This document shows, in pieces, positions 46,568 through 56,105 of a stretch of 64,000 bases of DNA. Each line of letters starts with the position of its first letter. Position 1 is the first letter of the stretch. Source of the DNA: Akkermansia muciniphila. GTDB taxonomy: Bacteria > Verrucomicrobiota > Verrucomicrobiia > Limisphaerales > UBA11320. The stretch spans positions 3,532 to 67,531 of the forward strand of contig CAMAVD010000004.1 of the NCBI GenBank assembly GCA_945861575.1, given 5' to 3'. Position numbers and translations under genes: made by a program. The notes under the pieces were generated by a model, which had not been told where the DNA came from, did no database searches, and worked only from the letters and a program-made list of their open reading frames with translations.

Positions 46568-47836
46568 TTAACGGATGTTTTCGACCCGGGGCGGCCGGAG
46601 GGCGGCGTCCTGAGGATGTTTTCCGACCTCGCCAGCATAGCTCGTCTGGCGGCTGAACTTGAGTTCAGCGCTGCGCGCATCGGTTTTGTCCGACGAGACC
46701 GCGACGGCTGGCAGATCGAAATGGCCGTCGGGCAGGGCGAAGCGATAGCTGAAGCTCCCGTCGGATCGGAGCTTGATCACGCGTCCCCCGATCGTGACCT
46801 GTGCGTCTGGCTCCGTCGCTCCATAGATGATCAACTCTGCGTTCACGTTGAACCAGAAGCCTTTGCGCCGGTCCCCGGATGCACCGCCGAAAGGGCTGGA
46901 TAGGCTGGAAACCCCCAAGCTGCTGGGGAGCTCGGGCAGGGAGTGAGAAAACTGCGCGGCCGCTGCGGAGGAGAGTTCTTTGGCCATCTGACCTCGGATA
47001 AGTTCGGTGATCTCCAGCGAACCGATCCAGACGCGTCGGACCTCGTCAATGGAGAGCATCTCGGCCAGAGCGCGATCTTGCTCAGGCGTCCAAGGGGCTC
47101 CTGCCACGGTGGCATCCGAAGGAAGCGAGGGATGGCCAGACTCTCGAAGATCGTGAAGGGTCTCGGACAAGGCCTCATGCTGGCGAGCAGCGCTCTTTAC
47201 GAAGGACACGAGCTGCCTAACAGAGACTTCCGTAGTGAGTGTGGCGAAGCGCGCGGAGCGGTCGTCTGAAACGGTCTCAGGAGGTGTGAGAGTGGCTTCG
47301 GAGACGGTGACACGTGTCCAGCGACGCTGGCCGGAATAGTAGCCGAGTTCGGAGAGAAATCGGGTGCTGCCTCGACCGACATGGATAAACCAATGTCGAG
47401 ACTCTGGATGCACGTGGATCTCGGCGAATGGAGTGTCCTCGATGGCTTCCTTGTGTACCCGAAGCACCAGATGTTTGTCGATCGACTTGGCGTTGCACTC
47501 TCGCAGCTGTTCCGAGGTGAAATCCCAATGCGCATAGAGCCAGTGGGGGTCTCGAGCGATCAGCAGCAGCTTGCGCGTGCCATAGGCTTCAGGAAGGGCT
47601 TGACTGAGCACGTCCGCCGGGGCGCCCAGGGAGTGTGTGCCGAGGGAGAAACGTTCTCCAGGCCCGCTGCGATCCTCTTGGGGTGGGGCGTCTCCTTCCA
47701 GGAGGATGGAGGGGATCTCCAGGATCTCCTTGCGAGCTGGGGCAGGTTTGACCAGGGGCTTCCTCCCGGAAGTGGAGGCTTTACTGGAACCGGCCTTGGT
47801 TGGCGTAGAGGATTTCTTGGATCGATCAGATTTCAT
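46568..47836 (-). CDS. DUF4912 domain protein
   Basis: LPEAYG...LIARDPHWLYAHWD, ELGYY, FWFNVNAELIIYGATEPDA. Confidence 0.88.
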   Translation of the reverse strand: MKSDRSKKSSTPTKAGSSKASTSGRKPLVKPAPARKEILEIPSILLEGDAPPQEDRSGPGERFSLGTHSLGAPADVLSQALPEAYGTRKLLLIARDPHWLYAHWDFTSEQLRECNAKSIDKHLVLRVHKEAIEDTPFAEIHVHPESRHWFIHVGRGSTRFLSELGYYSGQRRWTRVTVSEATLTPPETVSDDRSARFATLTTEVSVRQLVSFVKSAARQHEALSETLHDLRESGHPSLPSDATVAGAPWTPEQDRALAEMLSIDEVRRVWIGSLEITELIRGQMAKELSSAAAAQFSHSLPELPSSLGVSSLSSPFGGASGDRRKGFWFNVNAELIIYGATEPDAQVTIGGRVIKLRSDGSFSYRFALPDGHFDLPAVAVSSDKTDARSAELKFSRQTSYAGEVGKHPQDAALRPPRVENIR

Positions 47837-48101
47837 ACGTGCGGCGGTGGTGAGCTGGCTGGTAGCGCCTTCTGGAGGCTGACCTTACCGATCCAGTTCC
47901 AGGCCGTGCAACGAGAAACTCCAAACACCAGCATGTATTACGGCAGTTTCTGCCGTTCCATTAGAACCTACCTCCTCGGGTTCCGGCCCCTGGGCGCCTG
48001 GGGGGAATGCGACGCGACCAAAGGGGAGTGCTGGAAGCTACCGTTCTCCGTCCTGTTCTCCAGCGTTGAGCCCCCGCCGGGTTTGGTTCAGGATACATCC
48101 C

Positions 48102-49460
48102 ATGCCGAGTGTTTACATCAAGACGTACGGCTGCCAGATGAATGAGCGCGACTCCGAACAGGTCGCCGCACAGCTGGTGGCCAAAGGGTATCTCCTTGCC
48201 ACCTCCGAGGCGGATGCGGACGTGATCCTCCTAAACACGTGCAGTGTGCGAGACATGGCGGAACAGAAAGCCATCGGGAAGATGCAGAACCTTGCTGCGG
48301 ACGTCCGGAAGAACCGTCCGGATGTCGTACTCGGCTTCATGGGCTGCATGGCACAAAGCCGCGGTCGTGAGCTGATCGACAAGCTTCCCGATGTCGACCT
48401 GGTGCTTGGCACTCAGAAGTTCCACCGCGCCGCGGATTATATTGATGATCTGCTGCACGGCCGACGTGAGCACGTGGTGGATGTCGACGCGGAGCCGGGG
48501 AGCCAGTCCACCATTCGGGAGCATCTCCTGAACGGTGTTGGGGATGAGCGGTCGGTGACCGCTTTTGTCAGTATCATGCAGGGCTGCAATCAACACTGCA
48601 CCTTCTGTATCGTGCCAAGCACCCGAGGTGAGGAGCGCAGCAGAACCATTCCTGACATTGTTAAGGAATGCAGGGAACTTGTGTCCCGAGGCGTGCGAGA
48701 GATCACCCTGCTGGGGCAGATTGTGACGAGCTTCGGTCGCCGGGATATCCCTGTGCAGAATGGCCGGTCCGCCTTCGTCCAGCTGTTGGACGCCGTGCAC
48801 GACGTGGATGGCCTGGAGCGCATCCGCTTTACTTCCCCGCATCCCAAGGGGTATGGGGACGATCTGGTGGAGGCCTATGGTCGGCTGCCGAAGCTGGTGG
48901 AGAGCGCCCATATCCCCGTGCAGAGCGGGAGCAACCGCCTTCTCAAAGCCATGCACCGCGGCTACACGCGCGAACGTTTCTTGGAGATCATCGGCAAGCT
49001 GCGCTCGGTGAAGCCGAACATGGGCATTACCACTGATATCATCGTCGGGTTTCCGGGTGAGACGGAACAGGAGTATCTGGAGACGGAATCTCTGGTTCGG
49101 GAAGCGGCCTTTGACAACGCCTACATCTTTCGCTACTCGCCTCGTCGCGACACACCCGCGGCCACCTTGCCCGATCAGCTAACGGACGAAGTGAAAGAGG
49201 ATCGCAATCAGCGCTTGCTTGCGCTCATCAACGACGTCTCTGGACGGCGCTACGAGGCTTGCGTGGGACATCTCATGGACATCCTTGTGGAAGGCCCAAG
49301 CAAGCGGAATGCTGCCCGAATGATGGGTCGATCCCGCTGCAACCGCATCGTGGTGTTCGATGGTTCCGAGCGTCACCGCGGGGAGCTGATGAACGTGCGC
49401 ATCACCCGAGCTGGATCGTTCACTCTGTATGGGGATCCGGCCGTGATCGGGATGGATTAA
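48102..49460 (+). CDS. miaB: tRNA methylthiotransferase
   Basis: TYGCQMNERDS, NTCSVR, CNQHCTFC radical SAM motif, DIIVGFPGET, TRAM domain. Confidence 0.96.
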   Translation: MPSVYIKTYGCQMNERDSEQVAAQLVAKGYLLATSEADADVILLNTCSVRDMAEQKAIGKMQNLAADVRKNRPDVVLGFMGCMAQSRGRELIDKLPDVDLVLGTQKFHRAADYIDDLLHGRREHVVDVDAEPGSQSTIREHLLNGVGDERSVTAFVSIMQGCNQHCTFCIVPSTRGEERSRTIPDIVKECRELVSRGVREITLLGQIVTSFGRRDIPVQNGRSAFVQLLDAVHDVDGLERIRFTSPHPKGYGDDLVEAYGRLPKLVESAHIPVQSGSNRLLKAMHRGYTRERFLEIIGKLRSVKPNMGITTDIIVGFPGETEQEYLETESLVREAAFDNAYIFRYSPRRDTPAATLPDQLTDEVKEDRNQRLLALINDVSGRRYEACVGHLMDILVEGPSKRNAARMMGRSRCNRIVVFDGSERHRGELMNVRITRAGSFTLYGDPAVIGMD

Positions 49461-49559
49461 GGAAGTACGATTACGAGGTGCTGAGATGTGCACATTAACG
49501 AAGAGGGCTCCGTATCGGCCTTGACTCCGGCCCACTTCTCCCCGGGTAATGAAGAACTG

Positions 49560-51458
49560 ATGAGCAATCTGCGAGACATCCTTCGCTTTGGCTGGCCCTA
49601 TCTGCGGCGCTATCGAACGCGCTTCTTTCTGGGCATCCTGCTCGGCTTGCTTTTCTCTGCGGTAAACGGAGCCTTGGTGCCCGCCTTCAAGGTCATCATG
49701 GATCGGTTGGATCCTCCGACGCAGACACTCAAGGAGGAGGTGGCCAAGGTATCCTATCTGGACAAATTTCCACGACTTAAGAAACCCTTCGAGGCTCTGG
49801 AGATGTCTACCAAACGCTTCAGGGAGGAAGTGATGACGGCTCTCGACGTCTGGCTTCCCAAAGCGCATCGCAAGCTCGATAGCCGTCAGATCGCAGGGGT
49901 GCTGCTGCTTTTCCCCCTTCTTATGGCGATCCGGGGCTTTACCGGATACTTGAGCAGCTACTGCCTGGGCTGGGTTACAGAACGTGTGATCAATAATATG
50001 CAGGTGGATGTGCTGAAGAAGTTGCATTCACTTTCCATCGATTACTTCAACAAATCCAAGCTGGGAGATCTCACGGCTCGGGTGCAGTCCGACACCGCGT
50101 GGCTGCACCGAAGCCTCAACTTGGGTTTATCCGATCTGATCAAGGAACCGAGCACCGTGTTCTTTGTCTTCGTCGTGCTCTTTCTGATGGATGCAAAGAT
50201 GACGCTTTTTCTCCTGGTGTTGCTCCCCGCGTGTGTGCTCCCGGTGGTGATCCTTGGGAAAAAGATCCGGCGCGCTTCGGATCGGAGCGTGAGCACCAAG
50301 GTGTCTCAATCGAGCCTGCTCTTCGAGATCCTGACAGGGATTCGAGTGGTCAAGGCATTCGGGCTGGAGGCTTATCAGGCGGAACGCTTCGGTGACCACG
50401 CTCACGATCTGGTGCGTTACGGGGTGAAAAGTGTTCAAGCGAAGGAGTTGGTCAATCCGATCATCGAGACGGTCACCGCCTTCATCTTTGGCGTTCTTGT
50501 TATCTTCCTCTTTGTCAGCGGGCGGGAGCCTAAGGAGATGATGCCTTTCGTGCTGGGTTTAGTGGCCGTTTACACGCCGTTTAAGAAGATCGCCAATTTG
50601 CACATCCTTTTTGAGCAGTCGAGTGCGGGTGTGCGGCGTCTCGGCCAGATTCTGGAGGAGCAGCCCACGGTGGTCGAGCCATCGCAGCCCATCAAACCGG
50701 CCCGGTTTTCACATTCGATCGAGCTGGATCAGGTATGCTTCGGGTATGGAGGAGACACGGTGCTGCGGGGGGTGACTCTCACGATCCCTGCGGGACAGAA
50801 AGTGGGCGTGGCCGGTGAGAGCGGCTCAGGGAAGAGCACTTTGCTCAATCTCCTCTTCCGTTTCTACGATCCCACCTCCGGCAGCATTCGTCTGGACGGC
50901 GTGGACTTACGTTCCATGCATACCGCCGACCTTCGACATCAGATGGCACTGGTCAGCCAGGAGGTTGTGCTTTTTGACCAAACGGTGGCGGAGAATATTG
51001 CCTGCGGTCGGCTGGGTGCCAGTCGTTCCGACATCGAAGAGGCGGCGAAGGCCGCGTTCGCTCACGACTTCATCGAATCGATTCCAGGCGGCTACGACGC
51101 ACGGGTCACCGAGCGAGGTTCGAATCTCTCAGGCGGCCAGCGCCAGCGTCTGGCGATCGCCCGGGCGTTTGTGCGCAATGCCCCTATTCTGGTTCTCGAC
51201 GAAGCGACCGCTTCGCTGGACAGCAAGTCTGAGTCTGAGGTCCAACGTTCCATCGATGCCCTCGCTGAGCATCGGACCGTGTTTTGCGTGGCTCATCGAC
51301 TGTCTACCCTGATCAACATGGACCGAATCCTCGTTCTGGAAAAGGGACGGATCGTTGAGGATGGCTCATTCCAAGAGCTTTTGAAAAAGGGAGGCCTGTT
51401 CGCTGCCATGGCACGTCGACAAGGGATCGAAAGCTCCATAAGCGGATCGCTATCTTGA
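49560..51458 (+). CDS. MsbA-like ABC exporter (fused TMD-NBD)
   Basis: TM domain, GESGSGKST, LSGGQRQR, LDEATASLD. Confidence 0.92.
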   Translation: MSNLRDILRFGWPYLRRYRTRFFLGILLGLLFSAVNGALVPAFKVIMDRLDPPTQTLKEEVAKVSYLDKFPRLKKPFEALEMSTKRFREEVMTALDVWLPKAHRKLDSRQIAGVLLLFPLLMAIRGFTGYLSSYCLGWVTERVINNMQVDVLKKLHSLSIDYFNKSKLGDLTARVQSDTAWLHRSLNLGLSDLIKEPSTVFFVFVVLFLMDAKMTLFLLVLLPACVLPVVILGKKIRRASDRSVSTKVSQSSLLFEILTGIRVVKAFGLEAYQAERFGDHAHDLVRYGVKSVQAKELVNPIIETVTAFIFGVLVIFLFVSGREPKEMMPFVLGLVAVYTPFKKIANLHILFEQSSAGVRRLGQILEEQPTVVEPSQPIKPARFSHSIELDQVCFGYGGDTVLRGVTLTIPAGQKVGVAGESGSGKSTLLNLLFRFYDPTSGSIRLDGVDLRSMHTADLRHQMALVSQEVVLFDQTVAENIACGRLGASRSDIEEAAKAAFAHDFIESIPGGYDARVTERGSNLSGGQRQRLAIARAFVRNAPILVLDEATASLDSKSESEVQRSIDALAEHRTVFCVAHRLSTLINMDRILVLEKGRIVEDGSFQELLKKGGLFAAMARRQGIESSISGSLS

Positions 51459-52661
51459 ACCTCTTGCCAAGGTCCCTAGGCCCGAGGGCATGCCAGGCAC
51501 TTCGATTCGCTTGCCGGTGTCGCGAAGCCCGCTTCGGGTGACTTCAAACAACCAGAGCCGCTTTTCAGGATGGCACTGCACCACAACATGGCGGCCATCC
51601 GGGGTGAAGATAGCCCCTTCGGGAATCGGCCCTACGGATAGGGTTTGCCTCCTTTTGAAACTCCGCCCCTCACGTTCCAACACCACAATCTGGCCTTGAT
51701 CCCCGCGATGGGTATCGGTGGGGGCCAGATTTGAGCCGTTCATCAGCACGGCCACCAGCCAGCGGCCATCTGGACTCAGCTCAAGCGTCTCGGGTGCCCT
51801 GCCCAAGGGAACGTAGTCGGTGGTTCGGGGCGGGTTGGCTGCCAAATCGATGATGGAGAGAAGGTCGGTGTCGGCACCGTTGCCGAAGCCTTCGCCGGCG
51901 GTAAGGACCAAGGCATTGTCCGGGGTCACCTGCACCCTATAGGGGCGTCCATATGCCGAGAACTTCCGCTCGGTGGCGGTGACGGCCTCACCGTCGATCT
52001 TCAACTCCCGCAGATGGCCGCGCAAACGGACACTGACGAAGGCGCGTCGGCCGTCCGGCGCCATGGCGACGTCGCTCACTTCGTCCGTGGGCAGCCCTAG
52101 TGAGATCTCAGCTAGCTTCTCTAGCCGTCCGTCTGCGAAGCGGAAGGCGGTGACGGATCCGCCAGCGCGGTTGGCCGCCAGGAGCATTCGTCCGTTGGGA
52201 GTGATCGCCAGACCCGAAGGCTGCTCACCCGATTCACCCTGCCCTACGACCCTCGGGGGGGTGGAAGAAAGATCCAGGATGTGGATGAAGCGATTGGGGA
52301 GCCACTTGCCGGGCGAGGCGGGATCGAGTCGGATCGAGTCCGAGACGAAAGCCCATCGACCATCGGGCGTGATTGCGACGTTGGAGGGAGGCCCAAGTAC
52401 CGAGTTGCTAATCTTTGGAAGATGGGTGACCGAGGGTGGAAACTGGGTAAAGTCGAGGAGTGTGAGGCTATCGTTCCCCGCTGGCCCGGAAACTCGCGAG
52501 GCGCCCGTGGTAAGATCGATCTTCGATTCATTGGCCGACAGCACCCACGGATGAGGCTTGAACTGTGCGGCCGCGGAGGAGGCTCCGAGAAGAGTGAAAA
52601 AAAGCCAGGTACATCGGGCGTGGTTCAGCCCAGAACTGATTGAGGATCGGAGGTGAGACAT
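51450..52661 (-). CDS. Secreted YncE/YVTN-like beta-propeller protein
   Basis: Signal peptide, repeated AITPDGR/SPDGR blades; 9-bp convergent overlap with the ABC exporter. Confidence 0.85.
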   Translation of the reverse strand: MSHLRSSISSGLNHARCTWLFFTLLGASSAAAQFKPHPWVLSANESKIDLTTGASRVSGPAGNDSLTLLDFTQFPPSVTHLPKISNSVLGPPSNVAITPDGRWAFVSDSIRLDPASPGKWLPNRFIHILDLSSTPPRVVGQGESGEQPSGLAITPNGRMLLAANRAGGSVTAFRFADGRLEKLAEISLGLPTDEVSDVAMAPDGRRAFVSVRLRGHLRELKIDGEAVTATERKFSAYGRPYRVQVTPDNALVLTAGEGFGNGADTDLLSIIDLAANPPRTTDYVPLGRAPETLELSPDGRWLVAVLMNGSNLAPTDTHRGDQGQIVVLEREGRSFKRRQTLSVGPIPEGAIFTPDGRHVVVQCHPEKRLWLFEVTRSGLRDTGKRIEVPGMPSGLGTLARGSR

Positions 52662-52667
52662 GGGTCT

Positions 52668-52695
52668 ATTATCTGAACTCTCGAGGGGAAGGCAA
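52668..52695 (-). promoter_or_regulatory. Putative leaderless sigma70 promoter
   Basis: Minus strand TTGCCT-N16-GATAAT-N6-ATG. Confidence 0.55.
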
Positions 52696-52869
52696 TAGCG
52701 TGAATTGCAACAATCGACCTTTGGGTGGGCCCTGGTGCGTAGGGCGGAAAGACTCAAAATCCGGCAGTCGGAGTTTGAATCCTAGCAGGCCCGCAGCCAA
52801 AAATCCATTGAACCGAGGCATAGTCCCGGTCGGTGCCTCACGGAAGGACTTTCAAATTTCGAGGGCCTG

Positions 52870-54300
52870 CTAGGCGACATGGGCCGTGGTATGCTGAGGG
52901 TGTTCTTGCTCCGAAGATCCCTCGGTCGAATTCGGATCGCTGCGGTTTTGCAAACCGCCCAACCACTGCACATGGCGAGCTGCAATCAGGCCGAACAAAA
53001 TAAAGAGCAGGTTGTTGTATTTGGCCCAGGCAAAGCATCGATCGGTCATGTGGGGCGCGAGCAGCGCAAAGAGGGCACCGCAGGCAAAGAACGCAAACTC
53101 TCGGTCCACCTTCTTGGTTTGGAAACGGAGCAATTGCCACGCTTTCTGGACGATCTGAAAAATCATTAGGAGGAAAGGGATCGTCAGGAGCAGGCCATTT
53201 TCACCCAGCATCGCAATCACGGTGTTGTGGGGATGGTAGGTGGCAGGCGTGTCTTCAAACCAGCGAAGGTCGTCGCCCCTCTCCTGTGCACCACGGATAT
53301 AGAACTTCAACCCCCCGTAACCTATCCCCATCAGCGGATGCTCGGACAGCGCCCGGAAGGCGTAGGCCCATGCATTCAGGCGATCATGGATATTGCTCAC
53401 ATTGGTGATGCGCTCTTGATACAGATCCGTCTGAGAGATCACTCCCCAAGCGCTGGCACCTACCAACCCGAGGACAACCAGTCCTACGGCGAACTTGCCT
53501 CTGAATCGGGGGTTCAGCACGGTTTGGATAACGTAGCCCCCGATAAAGCCTCCCCACATATTGCGGAACATCACGGAGTAGATACCACCGGCCATTAGGA
53601 TCGAGAACGGCCACGCTTTCCACCGTTTCAGTTTCACACCCAAGACGTGAAGCATTCTCCACCTACAAATAATGAAGAGTGTGGTGAGATTCAGGTAGAG
53701 TCCGAGAACGCCAGGAGCAGCGAAAGGCCCGTTCGCACGCAAGCTGTCCCCATCCTCCGAAATTCTCAGCCCTCGAGCGCTGCGATCGAGGATATCAAAT
53801 TTGGTGGCCTGCTCAAAGATCCCCATGCAGGCGCAATAGAGAGCTACAATGGCTAGAGTCGTGGCCAAATTTCCCTCGAACACATCGTCATAGGTCCCTT
53901 CGCGAAGCAGAAGATAGCGAAGGAGGAAGTAGAGGTACAGGGGAATTCCGAACAGATCTGTCGCCTGGGTCCACAGGGAGAAGGCATCCCGCATGTCAGC
54001 GGTGAACAGGGCTTCAATCAGGAAGACCGCCAGGAAAACCAGCGCAGTCTTTTCAAAATTCGAGAGGCGTTTTGGAATGGCCTCCATCAGCCGACCGCCT
54101 GCCATGAGGCTCACGATGCTGGTGATGCAAGCCAAACGATCAAACGACGCGACACGAAAATTAACACCGAAGAAGATGGTGTCGTTTTGCAGTGGACTCA
54201 ATGCGAGCCAGATGAGGAGCAGCCAATCCGGCCGACGAAGGCCGATCACGAACATGATCGGGATCGCCAGCAGGACCAGGCCGTCACACGCCGAATTCAT
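52870..54300 (-). CDS. O-antigen ligase/Wzy_C family membrane protein
   Basis: Many TM helices, RANGPF, R...W, HPLMGIG, HPHN...ENG. Confidence 0.88.
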   Translation of the reverse strand: MNSACDGLVLLAIPIMFVIGLRRPDWLLLIWLALSPLQNDTIFFGVNFRVASFDRLACITSIVSLMAGGRLMEAIPKRLSNFEKTALVFLAVFLIEALFTADMRDAFSLWTQATDLFGIPLYLYFLLRYLLLREGTYDDVFEGNLATTLAIVALYCACMGIFEQATKFDILDRSARGLRISEDGDSLRANGPFAAPGVLGLYLNLTTLFIICRWRMLHVLGVKLKRWKAWPFSILMAGGIYSVMFRNMWGGFIGGYVIQTVLNPRFRGKFAVGLVVLGLVGASAWGVISQTDLYQERITNVSNIHDRLNAWAYAFRALSEHPLMGIGYGGLKFYIRGAQERGDDLRWFEDTPATYHPHNTVIAMLGENGLLLTIPFLLMIFQIVQKAWQLLRFQTKKVDREFAFFACGALFALLAPHMTDRCFAWAKYNNLLFILFGLIAARHVQWLGGLQNRSDPNSTEGSSEQEHPQHTTAHVA

Positions 54301-54316
54301 TGCAGAGAGACTAGCC

Positions 54317-55495
54317 TTAGGCTTTCGCCACCCGCGCTGGGTGCTGGAGGATGGCTTCGATGCAGCGTACTCCTGTGTTGCCATCCCAGAGTGGGGGAAT
54401 CTGGCATTTCAAGGGCACCCCTTCGAACACTGTGTTCAGGTCCGCGCGCAGTTGAGAGACATTGGTGAGTTTGTTGCTCCCCAGGGTCACCGTGATGGGC
54501 CGCTCGGTGTTTTGGCGCAAGGTGAGACAGGGCGTTTGGAAGTAGGTCGTCTCTTCCTGGAGACCGCCTGAGTCCGTGAGTACGAGCCTGGCGTTGCGAG
54601 CGAGGCAGAGCGAATCGTGATAGCCCACCGGCTCAATAATCTGGAAGCGGGGATTGCTTGATCCATCGATTCCAAATGTCTCGAGCATCTTGCAGGTGCG
54701 TGGATGCATCGAGAAGACGATCGGGAGGCGCTCCGAAAGTCTGCGCAGCTCTTCCATGATGCGGCTGAGGCTTGCCTTATCATCGACGTTGGAAGGACGG
54801 TGGAGCGTGACGAACACGAATTCTTTGGCCTTGGCACCTACCTTTTCCAGGATTTTGCTCGCGCTGGCCTGTTTCAGATTCGTGACGAGCGAATCGATCA
54901 TAATGTTCCCAACAAGCACGATCTTCTCCCTCGGAATCCCTTCCTTGAGAAGATTCTCGTCGGCGTCGGGCGATGGGGTGAGAAAGAGATCGGAGATGGA
55001 ATCGGTCACTAGGCGGTTAATCTCCTCCGGCATGGCGCGGTCATAACTTCGGAGGCCCGCTTCGATATGGGCGACGTTGATCCCGAGCTTCTTTGCCACG
55101 AGTGTGCAGGCCAGCGTTGAGTTGACGTCGCCGACGACCACAAGCCAGTCGGGTTTGTATTCGAGGCAGACCGGCTCGAACTTGATCATGATGGTCGCTG
55201 TTTGCACGGCGTGACTGCCAGAGCCTACCTCCAGGTTTACGTCTGGTTTCCCAATTCCTAGCTCGCGGAAGAAGACGTCGGACATCTTCTCATCGTAATG
55301 CTGCCCGGTATGCACCAGCCGACACTCCACCTCGGTTCCCGAACCCTGCAGCCGTTGGTTATGTGCCTTGGCCGCCTGTAGAAACGGGGCAACTTTCATG
55401 AAGTTGGGTCGCGCTCCAGCAATCACCAAAACCTTTAGTTTTGTGATCGAGTGCGCGCCCGCTTGCGTTTGATCTACTTGTCCCATAGTGCTCAT
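54317..55495 (-). CDS. wecB: UDP-N-acetylglucosamine 2-epimerase (non-hydrolysing)
   Basis: GARPNFMK, HTGQHYD, HIEAGLRS, PEEINR, TDSGGLQEE, TERP. Confidence 0.95.
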   Translation of the reverse strand: MSTMGQVDQTQAGAHSITKLKVLVIAGARPNFMKVAPFLQAAKAHNQRLQGSGTEVECRLVHTGQHYDEKMSDVFFRELGIGKPDVNLEVGSGSHAVQTATIMIKFEPVCLEYKPDWLVVVGDVNSTLACTLVAKKLGINVAHIEAGLRSYDRAMPEEINRLVTDSISDLFLTPSPDADENLLKEGIPREKIVLVGNIMIDSLVTNLKQASASKILEKVGAKAKEFVFVTLHRPSNVDDKASLSRIMEELRRLSERLPIVFSMHPRTCKMLETFGIDGSSNPRFQIIEPVGYHDSLCLARNARLVLTDSGGLQEETTYFQTPCLTLRQNTERPITVTLGSNKLTNVSQLRADLNTVFEGVPLKCQIPPLWDGNTGVRCIEAILQHPARVAKA

Positions 55496-55902
55496 AAATT
55501 CATTGCCACGGTTCCCCTTCCACATCTTGACATCAGGCTATAGGGGGCGGAGCCGATGCCGTGTTCCGTGTCTCTGCTACGACACATCGCATCGATCGAT
55601 GTATCGTCAAATAGCGGTTGCGCTTAAACACACTTCGTCGCTGCACTCTACAAACACCGCACGCCCTAGTGTCCTCTGTAAGGCCAGAGCTCATGGCTGG
55701 CAAGGGCAGGTGACGCCACCGAAGAGAGCGCTTCCCGCGCCCGATACTGCACATCTATACCAGCAGGAAAAGCCGGATCGACTCAGGGACCGCCTAACTT
55801 AACAACCCGGCAAAAAGTGCCCACAGCGAGGACTGGGAACTGTCGGGGGCAGGGCCACAGAATTCCAGCATCCGGCTTTCCCCCAGCCCGGCGGAAGCGA
55901 TC

Positions 55903-55987
55903 TCACACAGAGTTCACGGGGTTCGCAGAGTAAGACGCTGGGCCGGTTCTGATCAGGAACTCTGTGACCTCTGAGAACTCTGTGTGA
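55903..55987. repeat. 9-bp-periodic inverted repeat element
   Basis: TCACACAGAGTTCACGGGGTTCGCAGAG-N29-CTCTGTGACCTCTGAGAACTCTGTGTGA. Confidence 0.8.
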
Positions 55988-56105
55988 ACCTCCTCCGGGT
56001 CTCACGGCCTTTCCCTCCACATCGCTCCGTCTCGTCTATCGCCAAGTGGGCTCAGCCTGATTCCACTCTAGGTCAGGAGTTCTGAGGCTGTGATGGCTCC
56101 GCAGT

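Noticed and set aside
52725-52799. tRNA-Leu(CAA)-like words (GACTCAAAATC, GTTTGAATCC, possible 7-bp acceptor stem)
   Set aside because: Anticodon and T stems do not pair properly and there is no D arm; at most a highly decayed remnant. tRNAscan-SE or ARAGORN would settle it
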